From Cyanidioschyzon merolae (lineage: Eukaryota), in assembly GCA_000091205.1 (NCBI GenBank), contig AP006492.2: a stretch of 64,000 bases of DNA. One strand, written 5' to 3'. The number at the start of each line of letters is the position of its first letter. Within the stretch, counting starts at the first letter, position 1. Position numbers and translations under genes: made by a program. The notes beneath the pieces were generated by a model. That model was not told the DNA's origin. It worked only from the letters and a program-made list of their open reading frames with translations, and made no database searches. This document shows positions 32,901 through 44,086 of this stretch, one piece after another.

Positions 32901-35078
32901 GTTCATCTCCGACTCCAGCGCTCACTCATTTCCTCCCGCAAAAAGCCTTCGCTTGAACCATTTGGATGCTCGTGTTCTTTCTGATTGAGGCGTACAAAGC
33001 ACAACGTCCTGCTCGATGTGGTACTCATTGCATCGAGCTGGGTCCCGAAGCTGCCACCTCACGTGTTCGTATGGCGCCTGGTATCCATCATATTCGACTG
33101 TCGAAGACGTCGAGCCGTGGGAAAGTAAGGATGTATTGAAAGCCTGTCTCGAGCATCATTTCCGTTGTCTCAAGAAAAACTGGATCGGAACTGTTCCGGA
33201 GAATTGTGGACAGCTGGCAGCCGTGTGTCCGAAACGCCTACGAGCATTTGCTTGTTGAGGGACGTTACAGCGAAATATGCTTGGGGGGCATCCCTCGAGT
33301 AAGAGGGAACGCGATCCCTGCCAGTGCCCCGCTTCTCATGTTTGAGAGGATTCCCGCGATTGATACGTTTTCAGACGGAGACCTTGCCAAGGATTTCAGA
33401 CCGATTTTTCCATTCCAACTCTTTGCGCTCTTTGTGTGTCCTCGCCTCTTTTTGAAACAATTATCCCCATCTTAGGCTGGTGGGTTCTTCCGCTCCTCCG
33501 TTACTTGGTGGAGTATCATGTATGTAGTCGCGATGCTCCATATTCGTTTTCGCGTGATTTAGAGGTACAGGCTCTACGATGCCATTAAAGCTGACGTTTT
33601 CTGCCTACGTTGCTATTAGTTCTTCGATAAAGTTTGGCTATCTGTTGCGCTGCGAGCTCGCTGATGGACAGAGAGGTGCCCTTCGGTTCGCTCCCGCGCA
33701 ACAGAAGAGGAGCAACGCAGCAGTTCACTACTTGTGACATCACAGAACGACTAGTCGAAGGACGAATGTGCGCGCTTCAGCGTCGCAGATGCGAACGATT
33801 CTTTTATGTATCTGTGTGCGTAAGCATTGCATCGGACAACAAGGAGGACGCCTCTGACTGGAATCAGCCCGGGGCAAATGGATGGCATGATGCGCAGCTC
33901 AACACACGTTTCAGCTGCATTCTTGTTGAAGGCTTTTGAGCAACAAAGTGCGAATTCGTCTGACAGCAGGACAGAAAATTTTGTGGAAAAGAAGCCGCGA
34001 AGACTGCTTCATTGAAGAATGAGATAACGAATGATTACGATCGGTCAGCGTTTTGCAGACGAACGCACTATAGGATTGCCGCTAGAGCTGGTGTTGTCTG
34101 AATGCTCGCCCACGTTTTCTTTACGAACAGCGGTCTGCTTATCTTTTTGGCATCAATGTACATTTCTACCATTTTTCTTGAATACAAACGTATCCTTTGC
34201 GATGCACACATGGCCCTGATGTGATGAAGATTCGCGTTTTGTTAAAAACGCGATAGTATGTTGTCCAACGCGCGACGGTCCCGCATAGAGGCTTTGGTTT
34301 TCCTTAGTTCTTCCGCGTCGCTTTACTGCCGGTCCCATCATCGATACGGAAACATCAAATTCCGGAGATTTTTGGTATATTTTTCATTGAATTCGCATGG
34401 AGCGGAACATATTGACGAAGAGGAAGTGGTGCAGATAGTGTTTTATGAATTATGTTTTGGTTGAATGCGGTTCGGGATATTGACCACGAGAAGGCCTGTC
34501 CATCCAGATGCTGACTACATAGTAACTGACTCGCTCTTGTAAGGTCGTTTGTTGGCGGGCTAGTTGTGACTACATTGGGTCTTTCTGCATCCTCTATCGC
34601 GTTTATGATACACATTCCTTCTGTTCAATTTCTGCGACAGAAACAAACGAAAACAAAAAAGCCTCACAGACTTGGATATTCCAGAAATCAGTGCTCCGAG
34701 CATCGGGCATCGACGAACAGAGGCATTGCGGCGTGCATCAGTCGTGGTTACTGCACACAAGCCCTCAGGTTCCAGTTGGATTATTTTGTCTGATGCGCAG
34801 AAGCAGCTGGTTTCAGCTGTATCCTGGAAACAAGTACTTCTGTCGTAGAAGACTTCCACAGAAAGAAGGAGCGAGAAGTGCTAGCCGCCTGGATCCGTCA
34901 GTGCTCCAAACAGTGTCGCCCATCACGTCGTGCGTTGTCCACAAAAACTCCGCCCATTCCTCGTTTACGAAGCCATTGGGCGCTTCCCGCAAAACGAAGG
35001 GATTTTTCTCAATGCCGCGACCAATGAAAAAGCGTTTTTCAATTGGGTAGCTTTTTACAAGAGTTACGGAGATCTCGT

Positions 35079-36527
35079 TCAACAATCCGACCTCGGATTC
35101 TGCGCTTCTCTGACAGGCAGTTGTAAACGAGCGCTACTCCACTCGTACCGCAAAACCTGGTCGTATGTTTGGTGAAGAGCGGCCTCGCGTATCCATCGGT
35201 AGGTTTCAGCACAACCTGTGCCGCAGGCCAGATCCAAAAGCTGTTTAACCTGCTCCACACTGTACGCCCGACAATCAAGCCCCTTAGTGCTGCCGTCATC
35301 CAGAGCCATATTTCGATAATCCACCCAAAGTAGCTGCACACCGTGCTCCAAACTGGAGCCAGCGTGCGGATCTCGAAAATCAACGATCCGCTGTGGAACG
35401 GGTTGGAATGACTCGCCAGCAAGCACTGCGACTGTGACCTCCGGTACGACAGCTCCAAAGGCTGCCTGCCAAATGCGGGCCTGCTGCAGCTCCCAGTTGG
35501 AGGGATCCGCCGCCGCGACAAAGCGTCGGGCTCCGGAGCCTAGCTCCTCGGTCGGGAGTGCAACTGCGCTGCACGCGACAATAAGATCACGAAGCGGTAC
35601 AGCGGCATGTAGCAGCGCTAGGCTCACAGCGTTCACGGCAACGGCAAATTCGCTGCCATCGCTCTGGAGTACTTGGACGAATATGTCGACCTGAGCATGC
35701 GATGGCATGTACCGAGAGGACCCTGCGCTATTGGCATCGCTTCCTACCAGTATAGCGGGTTCGAACACCTCGCGAATATGCTCTGCTGCTTCGCGGGACT
35801 TTTGGCGGAATTTGCTGCTCGCGACAATGCCTGGCAACCGGAAAGACCGCTCCGTCTGCGCTTCGTGTGGAGCCGCCTCTGTGCGACCTATTCGGAGAGC
35901 TCCATTCTTTTCATCGTGACTATCCATTGTACTGGTTCGCATGATGGCTGTGCCCGCATACCTGTTCTGTTGTCGACGCCTGTAGGCACGCAGGGTTCGC
36001 ACCGAGCTCGCTGCCCCAGCGAAGGACGCTGTGCTGTACTCGCAGTGCACCCGGCCGTGTGCTGTTGCTGGTGGTAGCAGCTTGAGAGCAGTTGCGGGCG
36101 ATTCGTTGCCTGGAGCGTTACTGATAGCTGAATCAGAGTGATCCGACTCCACCGTGTCAATGTTGAGAGCCGTCTCCATATCGGAGTCGATGCTGGAGTC
36201 GTCCGATTCGGCGAAAACTGCACCTGCAACCGCTTGGGCTGGCCTAGCGGCGTGTGTCTCCGGGACGACTGGCGCTTGATACTCGGAAACCGCAGTGCGA
36301 AGTGCGTCATTGATCAGTGCTCGGGTGCTTGGTATACTCAAAGCTCCTTTTTTTGTTTCATAGGGGCCGTAGACAGCTACAAGCACCCGGGTTTGTCCTT
36401 GTTCTACGAGAACACTCCCGTCGGCGCCCGGAACCACCCCAAGCTGTGCAGAAATGCTCCTTACTTCATCTGGTTTCCGTCCGTCAACACGCAGTCCATC
36501 AAGACTCAGTAGATCTTGGGGTTTCAT
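35079..36527 (-). CDS. exosome complex RNase-PH-like subunit (Rrp41/Rrp46/Mtr3 class) with ~200-aa low-complexity insertion
   Basis: 'LRVDGRKPDEVRSISAQLGVVPGADGSVLVEQGQTRVLVAVYGPYE' (RNase PH N-lobe), '...DIFVQVLQSDGSEFAVAVNAVSLALLHAAVPLRDLIVACSAV' (C-lobe). ATG start verified at 36525..36527. Confidence 0.55.
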   Translation of the reverse strand: MKPQDLLSLDGLRVDGRKPDEVRSISAQLGVVPGADGSVLVEQGQTRVLVAVYGPYETKKGALSIPSTRALINDALRTAVSEYQAPVVPETHAARPAQAVAGAVFAESDDSSIDSDMETALNIDTVESDHSDSAISNAPGNESPATALKLLPPATAHGRVHCEYSTASFAGAASSVRTLRAYRRRQQNRYAGTAIMRTSTMDSHDEKNGALRIGRTEAAPHEAQTERSFRLPGIVASSKFRQKSREAAEHIREVFEPAILVGSDANSAGSSRYMPSHAQVDIFVQVLQSDGSEFAVAVNAVSLALLHAAVPLRDLIVACSAVALPTEELGSGARRFVAAADPSNWELQQARIWQAAFGAVVPEVTVAVLAGESFQPVPQRIVDFRDPHAGSSLEHGVQLLWVDYRNMALDDGSTKGLDCRAYSVEQVKQLLDLACGTGCAETYRWIREAALHQTYDQVLRYEWSSARLQLPVREAQNPRSDC

Positions 36528-36551
36528 AGCGTCTTACGCAGAGCTCGAAAC

Positions 36552-39110
36552 GCTCCTCCGCGGCACCCCACGCAACGCGCCAACAACGCCGTTCTGAACT
36601 CGAACGACGTCGAACGTGTACTGTATTGGCGACCAGTGCTCTAGACAAGAAGTCTCCAACTGATGTGCAGAGACCTCTCAGTTTTCTTGGACCGGCCACC
36701 TACTACGGCTTCCAACCTTTTCTCATATAATTCCACTTTGAGCGGTTGTCCCTTAAAATTCTCTCTTGTCAGCTGTGGAGGTTTTTTCTCCATCACCGCG
36801 CATCTCCTGATATTGATGGCGGTGTTAAAATCTCGGTTCACAAACTCCATACGTTTCTCGCCATTGTTGGTACTCACCAATGCAAGCAATCCTCGAACTT
36901 TCGCCATCCTTTCCATCTGCTCCTCCGTCAGCGGTCCGTATTTTTTTATCCTCAGGGCTCCTCATGCACATTCCTACCTCCACTCTCTGAAGTAGACACC
37001 CCAGCTCATGGTGTGTATACGACGTTCGAAACTCACCTACAGGTATTGTTACAAAGCGCCTTGCGCACTCCTTATACGCACTCGTCGTTGGAGCTGGCGT
37101 AGTTCCTTTTTGGGTCTTCCAGCGCCCTGCTCCGTATGCTACTACGAGCCTCTGACTTTTTTTATCCTCCTTCAAGGCGCTCATCTGATTGAAAACGTTC
37201 GCAAATGCCCGCTGCCTCTCTCCGTATAGACTCATACGCAGACGAGCCCACCGGGGCATGGTATACTCCTTCCACAGTGCGTCCCAATGGGCAACGCGAA
37301 CTTCCATGAATTTCCGAAAAGCAGTAAAGTCCGCTCCTCAGCTCGTGATCTCCCTCATAGCTTCGAGGTGATCCTTCATTCCTGCATTCCACCTCTCATT
37401 TGTCTTCCTTGCATTCATTATATCCGATTCTAGACAGTATCTCGCTCTCGAGAACCTCAAAAGACGCATGTCTTTCTGAGGTAAGTTGCCGTCAGTACCA
37501 TCATCCGCACGCTTGGGAGCAGCGATGGTTATGATATTCGTATTCCCAGGGACCGCGCCGACGACAAAGTCGTTATCTTGCACTTTCGGGGTCACAGGAC
37601 CCGCCTCCTTCTTTTCTGCATTCTTCGCCGCGCCAACGAAAGTCGTTATCCTGCACCTCCTGTGCCGCAGGATCCGCCTCCTTCTCACATTCATGGTTCG
37701 TCACGGGCGCAGCCGAGGGCGGGACTGGACGATCTCTCTTCAACCGCCGATAGTGTATACACAAGGCTACTCCATCGGTATCGATCATCCCAGTGAGTAC
37801 CTTTTGTTTGCTCACCCTCAGACGTTTGAAATCGAAGATATTCTTCCAGAACGTCTCCCGGTTTTCACCGTAGAATTCCTCCCTGCTAACATCGAACTCC
37901 GGACTGATCTCCTTCATGATGCCATGAAGGACTGCGGAGTCGATACTCACAAAATGTGACTTGATGGTGCACATCGGAACGATGTAGAAGCGCTTACCCA
38001 TCAGGAAAGCCTTCCGTCTGTCCCAGTCTTCAGTTTTCCCCACTCAGCTTCATTTCTGCCTTGCGTTCGAGTTCTCGGTCCAGAAACACGAAATAACATA
38101 GGATGAGGCGATAGTATCTTCCCTTATCTTTTTCAACGCTGATATCTTGTCTGTTGGATTCGGCAGCCCCATGACTGCACGGTGCTCTTGTATATCCGCA
38201 CGGATGACGGAGACCTTATTCGTGCTCTGGTTTGACGCCTTCTTGTCGACAAATTCGACGTCATCTTCACGCTTGCGATCGTTCGTGATGCCATTGATAA
38301 TCGCTGATATTCCTTTGGGACAGATGCCCGGGTAGAGTGCAAACAAGGCGCGTATCATGTAACGTTCGAGGTTCACTGTCAAATTGTTCTTCAGGTTCGC
38401 GGTATACTTTATCGCCCCGTATATGTAAATACCCCGGTCACCGCTTTATCGATTACTCTCGAGGCGGAATTCCGCCAAGTTTTCGTGGAGGGCATGCACT
38501 GGCTCATTTTCCCCCGCGCTTACTCTGTACCAAGCATCAGCTGACGAATAAACGTCGCATCGAAAACGCCGTCCGGGAACCTCGACCGTTTCCATGTGCG
38601 TCACTTCGCGATACATCTCCCTCGCCAAATGCATCAGTCCTGACGAGGCCTTGACAATACTCTTGGAGTACGAGTCGATACGTTTTTCGATAGCGTTTCG
38701 CTAGTGTTCCCTGTAAGGATCCTTGATATGTTTAAGAAGAAAGGTTTTCACCAGCATCTCGTTGTACGGTTGTAGTTCTTGCGGCCATCGACTTGGAATA
38801 TCCCCTTTTTGCGTTTTCTTCTTATGCTGTTCTTCTGAACTCGGTACTGTTTTTTTTCTTTTCTGGCAGCCAGCGACACTGGGGCGTCAGGATCGCCGAC
38901 TTGCTTTTTCATAACTTCCTTTTTAAGTTTTTATAAATCAGCCCTCCGTGAACGCTTCTGTTATATACTGAGAAAAACAATCGAATATTTTCACTTGAGG
39001 GTTGAAACACAATCGAACTGAAAACTATACATGCCTATGAAGTTAACAAAAATACAACTTTGACATTAGAGCTACATGCTAGATATCAAGATCACGTTTC
39101 CCTTTAACGG
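36552..39110 (-). mobile_element. Fanzor/TnpB-like element, copy D (5' leader truncated at ~39110 by LINE copy 2)
   Basis: 36641..38700 is essentially identical to 26464..28520 (copy C). 3' end is more diverged than A/B/C. Confidence 0.5.
36641..38760 (-). pseudogene. Fanzor (TnpB-like) ORF, copy D (frameshifted)
   Basis: ORFs 36641..36916, 36825..37307, 37338..37694, 37573..38043 and 38050..38382 match copy C. Confidence 0.55.
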
Positions 39111-39550
39111 CGGCATGTTTTTCATTAACAACGCGTTTACTTGGGCCAGCGTTCTCCGATTGTGCGCATTTTTCTTTTCTTACTTTTTGCGTTATTTTTT
39201 TACAGTGCGCGGTGGGGTATCCATCAACCCCCGTACCTCCACGTCACATTACCTATACTTCATCTCGGATATTCTGGTCATCTCATACGTCCTATCGTGT
39301 GCCCAGAACCTGTCCTAATTGTCCGCAATAGCGTCTTTACCTTTGGTACAGATGCATCATGGAGACAGAACGGCTTTTCTATACCACAAAGGGCGTCGGC
39401 TCAAGGTGCGCTTCACCCGACGTAGAATCGGGTCTCGTTGTCAGTGTGTGCTCGGACAGTCTGCGGATGCAGGCTTGTCTTCGCTGCTCGACACGCTGGA
39501 GAAACTTGACTGTTAGGATATATCGTGGGAGCCGCCTCTCTCTTTCGAGA

Positions 39551-40321
39551 TCATGCATGGAATGCGTTGTCGTCGGTTGGCAATGCGGGTTTGTGTTTGA
39601 CACCCATACAGAAGGTAGGCGCAGAGAGCACTGGGCCCGTGTGCGCATCCGATCCGCTGGACCTTCCGCCTAGAAGGTAGCACGTGAGTTTGTTCGCCAC
39701 TAATGAGCGCTGAGGCTCCGTTAGCGGACCATCAGTTGCCAGTGCTGCTCTCAAAGTGAGTGTCCGGCCCTCGGCTATCACGGTGATGCTCAGCTGCTGC
39801 TGTCCTGCAAGGAGCTCGCTGCGCTCCTGCTTCGAGCGCGGGCACTGTAAGCCTAAATATGTCAGCGTCTCCGGGTTATCGTTTCCGCAGCAGGAACAGT
39901 GTGACTCCCAGTGCGATTCCAGTGTCCCTATACGGCTTAGAGCCCGTGCTGGTAGCCAGAAGCCACCAACGCGGATTTTCGCGAGCCACTGGGTACCTCG
40001 AGCAAGCCCCGGAAATTCCAGCACCTCCCACCAGTACTTGCATGTGTATGCTAGGTTGTAGTTCCGGTATAGAGTCAAGCCGGCGTTACTGGCGCGACTG
40101 GTTCCGTGTCTACGTTCCCATATTGTTGTTTGGACCGTTCGCTTGAGGCGGCGGGAGCCTTGTACATTCCTGGGGATCGATTGGGGAGCGTGTTGTCTCC
40201 TAAGAGGCGCTTCAGCCCAATCTGCGTCGATTTCATCCAAGTGTTCTTGCGGTGCGTTCGGGTCTGCATGAAAATCCGACTCAAAGAGGTGCGCGTGGCG
40301 GGCCCTTTGGCCCGTATACAT
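39551..40321 (-). CDS. LINE C-terminal ORF with Cys/His motif, overlapping the RT ORF end in another frame
   Basis: 'ESHWESHCSCCGNDNPETLTYLGLQCP'. The same overlap arrangement is present in copy 3 (29070..29834 vs 28891..29310). Confidence 0.5.
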   Translation of the reverse strand: MYTGQRARHAHLFESDFHADPNAPQEHLDEIDADWAEAPLRRQHAPQSIPRNVQGSRRLKRTVQTTIWERRHGTSRASNAGLTLYRNYNLAYTCKYWWEVLEFPGLARGTQWLAKIRVGGFWLPARALSRIGTLESHWESHCSCCGNDNPETLTYLGLQCPRSKQERSELLAGQQQLSITVIAEGRTLTLRAALATDGPLTEPQRSLVANKLTCYLLGGRSSGSDAHTGPVLSAPTFCMGVKHKPALPTDDNAFHA

Positions 40322-42274
40322 GCCCGGCAGCCTGCTGCTATCGCTTCTATTGAGAGTATTTGGAGTTCAAGTCCGAGTGCCAGCGCGGTGGTTGCCCTGC
40401 TCTGCATTGAGCATCCAACAACAACGAGTCTCATTGCCCCGTTGGCGGCTGTCTGCGGACGCGAGGCATTTGTGTGCTTCATGCCGCACCACTCAGCACC
40501 CCAGGTCGCAGGCTGGGTGATACACATCCTTAGTGCCCTCGTACGAATTGCTATGCGGATAGAGGGGTCGGATGGGAATGAGCGTGCGATCGCTGTACCT
40601 CTATGCATCTTGGCGATCATCTCGTCGACGTGTGCCTTTTCGTCGAGCGTCGGCGTGAGACCGACCCCCAGGTAGCGATATTTTTCCACGATCGGGATTT
40701 CCGGATTCTGCAACCGCCACGAGCGATTGCGAATGCTCTGCGAGTCTCCATGGATGACCATGACGCCGCACTTCGATGCTCCTATGCTCATCTCCCAGCG
40801 ATCGGCCCAGTCGCTGACTTGTTGCATGCTAGCCGCAAGCGTTTCAGGGGCGGGTGCCAACAGCACGACATCGTCCGCAACTAGACGGCCTGCGAGGCGG
40901 TTCCTATGTGAGGGCTCCTCATCGGGCATCTCCACAGTCTATCCACGGCACCTCAAGCCCGTATTGTCTGCAGTTGTTCAGCAGATCGTTGATGAAGATG
41001 TTGAAAAGGAGCGGGGATGCGCGCTCGCCCTGCCGCAGTCCACGGCGGATTCTTCTGGAAGGGGTTCTTGAGCTGTCGCCCAGTCGGATGCGCATCCATG
41101 AGTCTGCATAGAGCGCACGGAAGAACGCTAAGCACTTTCCGGAGACTCCGGCGCGTTCCATCTTCAGAAATGGAGCCTCGTGCGGGACCGTGTCAAAGGC
41201 CTTTTGAAAGTCAATGAAGCATACGTAAGTTGGTTGTTGGCCGCTAATGGAGCGACGTTGCACCACTTCAGTTAGGGTCAGGACATGGCTCATGCACTCC
41301 TCGTGGCTCCGGAATCCAGCCTGTTCTGGGGCGAAGAACTTGCGTTCCTGGAGGCCTCTCTGGATCCGGTTCGTGGGAATGGCGCAAAGTAGCTTCATGA
41401 TTGACGGGATGAGGCGCATAGAGCGGTAGTTGTTCATGTCTGTGTGGGAGTCCTTTTTGAGGATCGGTACGACCTCAGCAGTCCTCCATACATCCGGGAT
41501 GTACGCCTCTTCGAACATGCGTTGGATGAGCTCCACAAGGCGTTTGCCTAAGCTTGTGTCAGATTCATCTGGTATTGATGGTGTCCCTGTTGTCCCGTCT
41601 TTTGGGGTCACCAGTTTCATCCACTCCGCAGGGATACCGTCGATGCCAGGTGTTTTGCGGTTGCATGACCTTAAGAGGGTCCGGACAGATTCAGGCCAGA
41701 AGATTGGGTCGTTCCATTCCGGTACCGATTCGAGGCGCGGTAGTTCTGCGGCATACTGGTGCCAATAGATTGGGTCTTGGCAGTGCCCAGTTGCTTCTTC
41801 ATGCAGCTCTGTGCCGTGGTCCGTCCAGGCCTCATTCACTGAGGCACGCTCCGTCCTCAGCGCTTCCTCATAAACGATTGGTGTGAGCCCCAGGCACTTT
41901 TTTGGTGGGTCCAGTCTCGGTCGAATGTAGCGCCAGGTCTCATCTTCGTTGGTGCTCTCTAGCATAGATTTCGCCAGGGAGGCGATTTCGCGGTTTCGAT
42001 CCTCTCGTTTGTCTTCTCTGGAAAGTTTCTTCTTTCTTTTGATAGCTTCTTCATGTTGCGCCTGTAGCGCCGTTAGGACTGCCTTCGCTTCCTTGTCTCC
42101 GGCGTTGACGCGTATGGCGGTGTGGTTGACGATCTGATAGAGTCGGTGGCGCTCGTCAATCCGGGTATTGGTACGTCGTTTCAGGCACTGAGGTTTGCAA
42201 CTGTTGCGTTCTGGTGCAAGCAGTCCCAGCTCTCCGGCAATCTTCTGATTCCCATCTACAAACTCGCGTGCCAA
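40075..42274 (-). CDS. LINE ORF encoding reverse transcriptase (two overlapping ORF segments, frame change near 40919..40935); no AP-endonuclease domain recognisable
   Basis: 'FIDFQKAFDTVPHE', 'LRQGERASPLLFNIF', 'LVADDVVLLAP' (FADD-box equivalent); only ~120 aa N-terminal to the RT. Confidence 0.6.
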
Positions 42275-44086
42275 TTGGTCTAAAGATTTGTATGCACGGC
42301 TTTTCGGATCTTCAGCGCTGTGAGTAGGTGACTTGGTTTGGCGACGGCTTTCTTGAGTTCCTGCTGGGGTGCTCTTTCGGGGACGACTTGTGATGGGCTC
42401 GCTGGAGCCCCCGCCTGTGGGCTCGTTCGGGAGTTCTTCTTTCTATTCTTCTGTTTTTCTCTTGCTGGTTTGCTTCTTCATCGGGCTCTTTCCTGAGCTA
42501 CATTCTCTGGTTACTTTGCATCTAGGTGGATCATGAGGTTTCTGTGTCTCCTTCTCCGTGTCTGGTTGGGTCTCTTTTCCTTTTGTACAGTCCTCGACTT
42601 GTATCAGTTCTTCATTACTGTACTGGTAATTCGATATCTCGTAGTTCAATACCGAGGCGATCCCACAAATATTCCATGATGCGAAACCTATCGAGTCGTA
42701 GCGCATAAGGGAATAGGAGTAACGCTGCGGTACTCGAGAGATACGTTGTCGATTGAGATGCACCCTCCACGGAGTGTGTGAGAGCACATGCCACCAGCGC
42801 CTCCTACATTCCAGTCGTTCACTGAGTGTCTGCCGCAGCGCTAGCGTAGAATCAGATGTACGCTAGTCAAGGTCGATTCAAATGCGACCTTTATATTGCC
42901 CGACGCTTTAACCTCCCCTCAACAATTGGGAACAGTCTGCAAACCACCCTTTCAGCGGCTACGTATCCGCTCCCCAAACACATAGGCGGGCAAGCCGCTT
43001 ATTCCAGCTTCGACCGCAAACATACTGCCAGCCGTCTTCCAAAGTATCCGCCGAAATTGTTCCCAAAGTTGAGGTAGGTACCCAAGGTAGGAGATAAAAC
43101 TGAGCCCGAGTCCGAGGATCGATCCAAGATTTGCGCCCGAACCTGCAGCGTTGATTCGGGAGGGGCGGATGACTAATCAGGATTTTCGTCAACATTTTCT
43201 GGTGCTACTGCCGCCGCCCCTCCGTTCGTTGCGCGGTCAAGGTCCCTGGCGTGGGCTTCCTTCGCCGTCGCCCAAGCACCCCGCGTTAACCCACTTTCAG
43301 AGCTTCTCCGGAAAAACTAGACCTTTAAGGCGGGCGTGGTGTGTGGGTCTTTAAGATAGTTGTTCTTTAATAAATAGTTTGCGACTAGTTTGTTTTGTTG
43401 TTTTTTTTTTGTTTTTTTCCGCACGACGATTTCTCTTTTTTGGTTACGAAGAACGTTCCATACACCACCGCCGTGCGATCATGGCGGCGTTTCATTGGTT
43501 GCGGATTGAACCGCCTCCGCGTCGTTGCACCATTCGATTCGAAACGTAGGGCATACGCGACGCCTGTTCCCGTCGGATGGGGACGTGTCGCCGGGCCGGT
43601 GCGGGTACCGCCCCGGGGATGTCGGCACCCAGACCCCGCGAACGGGGACGCAGGAGCAGTTCCCTCGAGCGGCCCCGCGAAATCAACAGACGACCATCGA
43701 TGCGTAATACGTGGCGTAAATCAGGTATGCAACCGATCGAAAGGATACCAAGTTACGACGGCGACGGTTTATTCACTGACGCCTTCTCCAGACCTTGGCG
43801 TTTTCCTGCTTCAATCCAGTTTAGACAGGGCGTTAGAGTTTTCACGGAGGGAACCTCGTCTATTCGGACCAGTCTGCTCTCTTTTTGGAGGGACAGGTCA
43901 AGATCCAGCGTTTTCCTGGCGTGTTGTGTTTGGGAGTGCGGAGCGCTTTCTGCTTGTGCAGTGGACGAAAGCGGCTTTTGGTTGTCTCGTCACTTTGGAC
44001 GCTACTGGAGAATAGAAGTCACTCGCTGTCTTCTACAGCTAGGAAACGCACTTATGTGATTTTATATTTCACTTAATAGGCAAATA

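Larger units (their letters stand above)
39100..43395 (-). mobile_element. LINE-like non-LTR retrotransposon, copy 2 (full length ~4.3 kb)
   Basis: 3' UTR 39100..39360 matches inverted 30067..30363. C-terminal ORF and RT ORFs present. 5' leader 42275..43395 matches 1134..2250. Confidence 0.6.
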
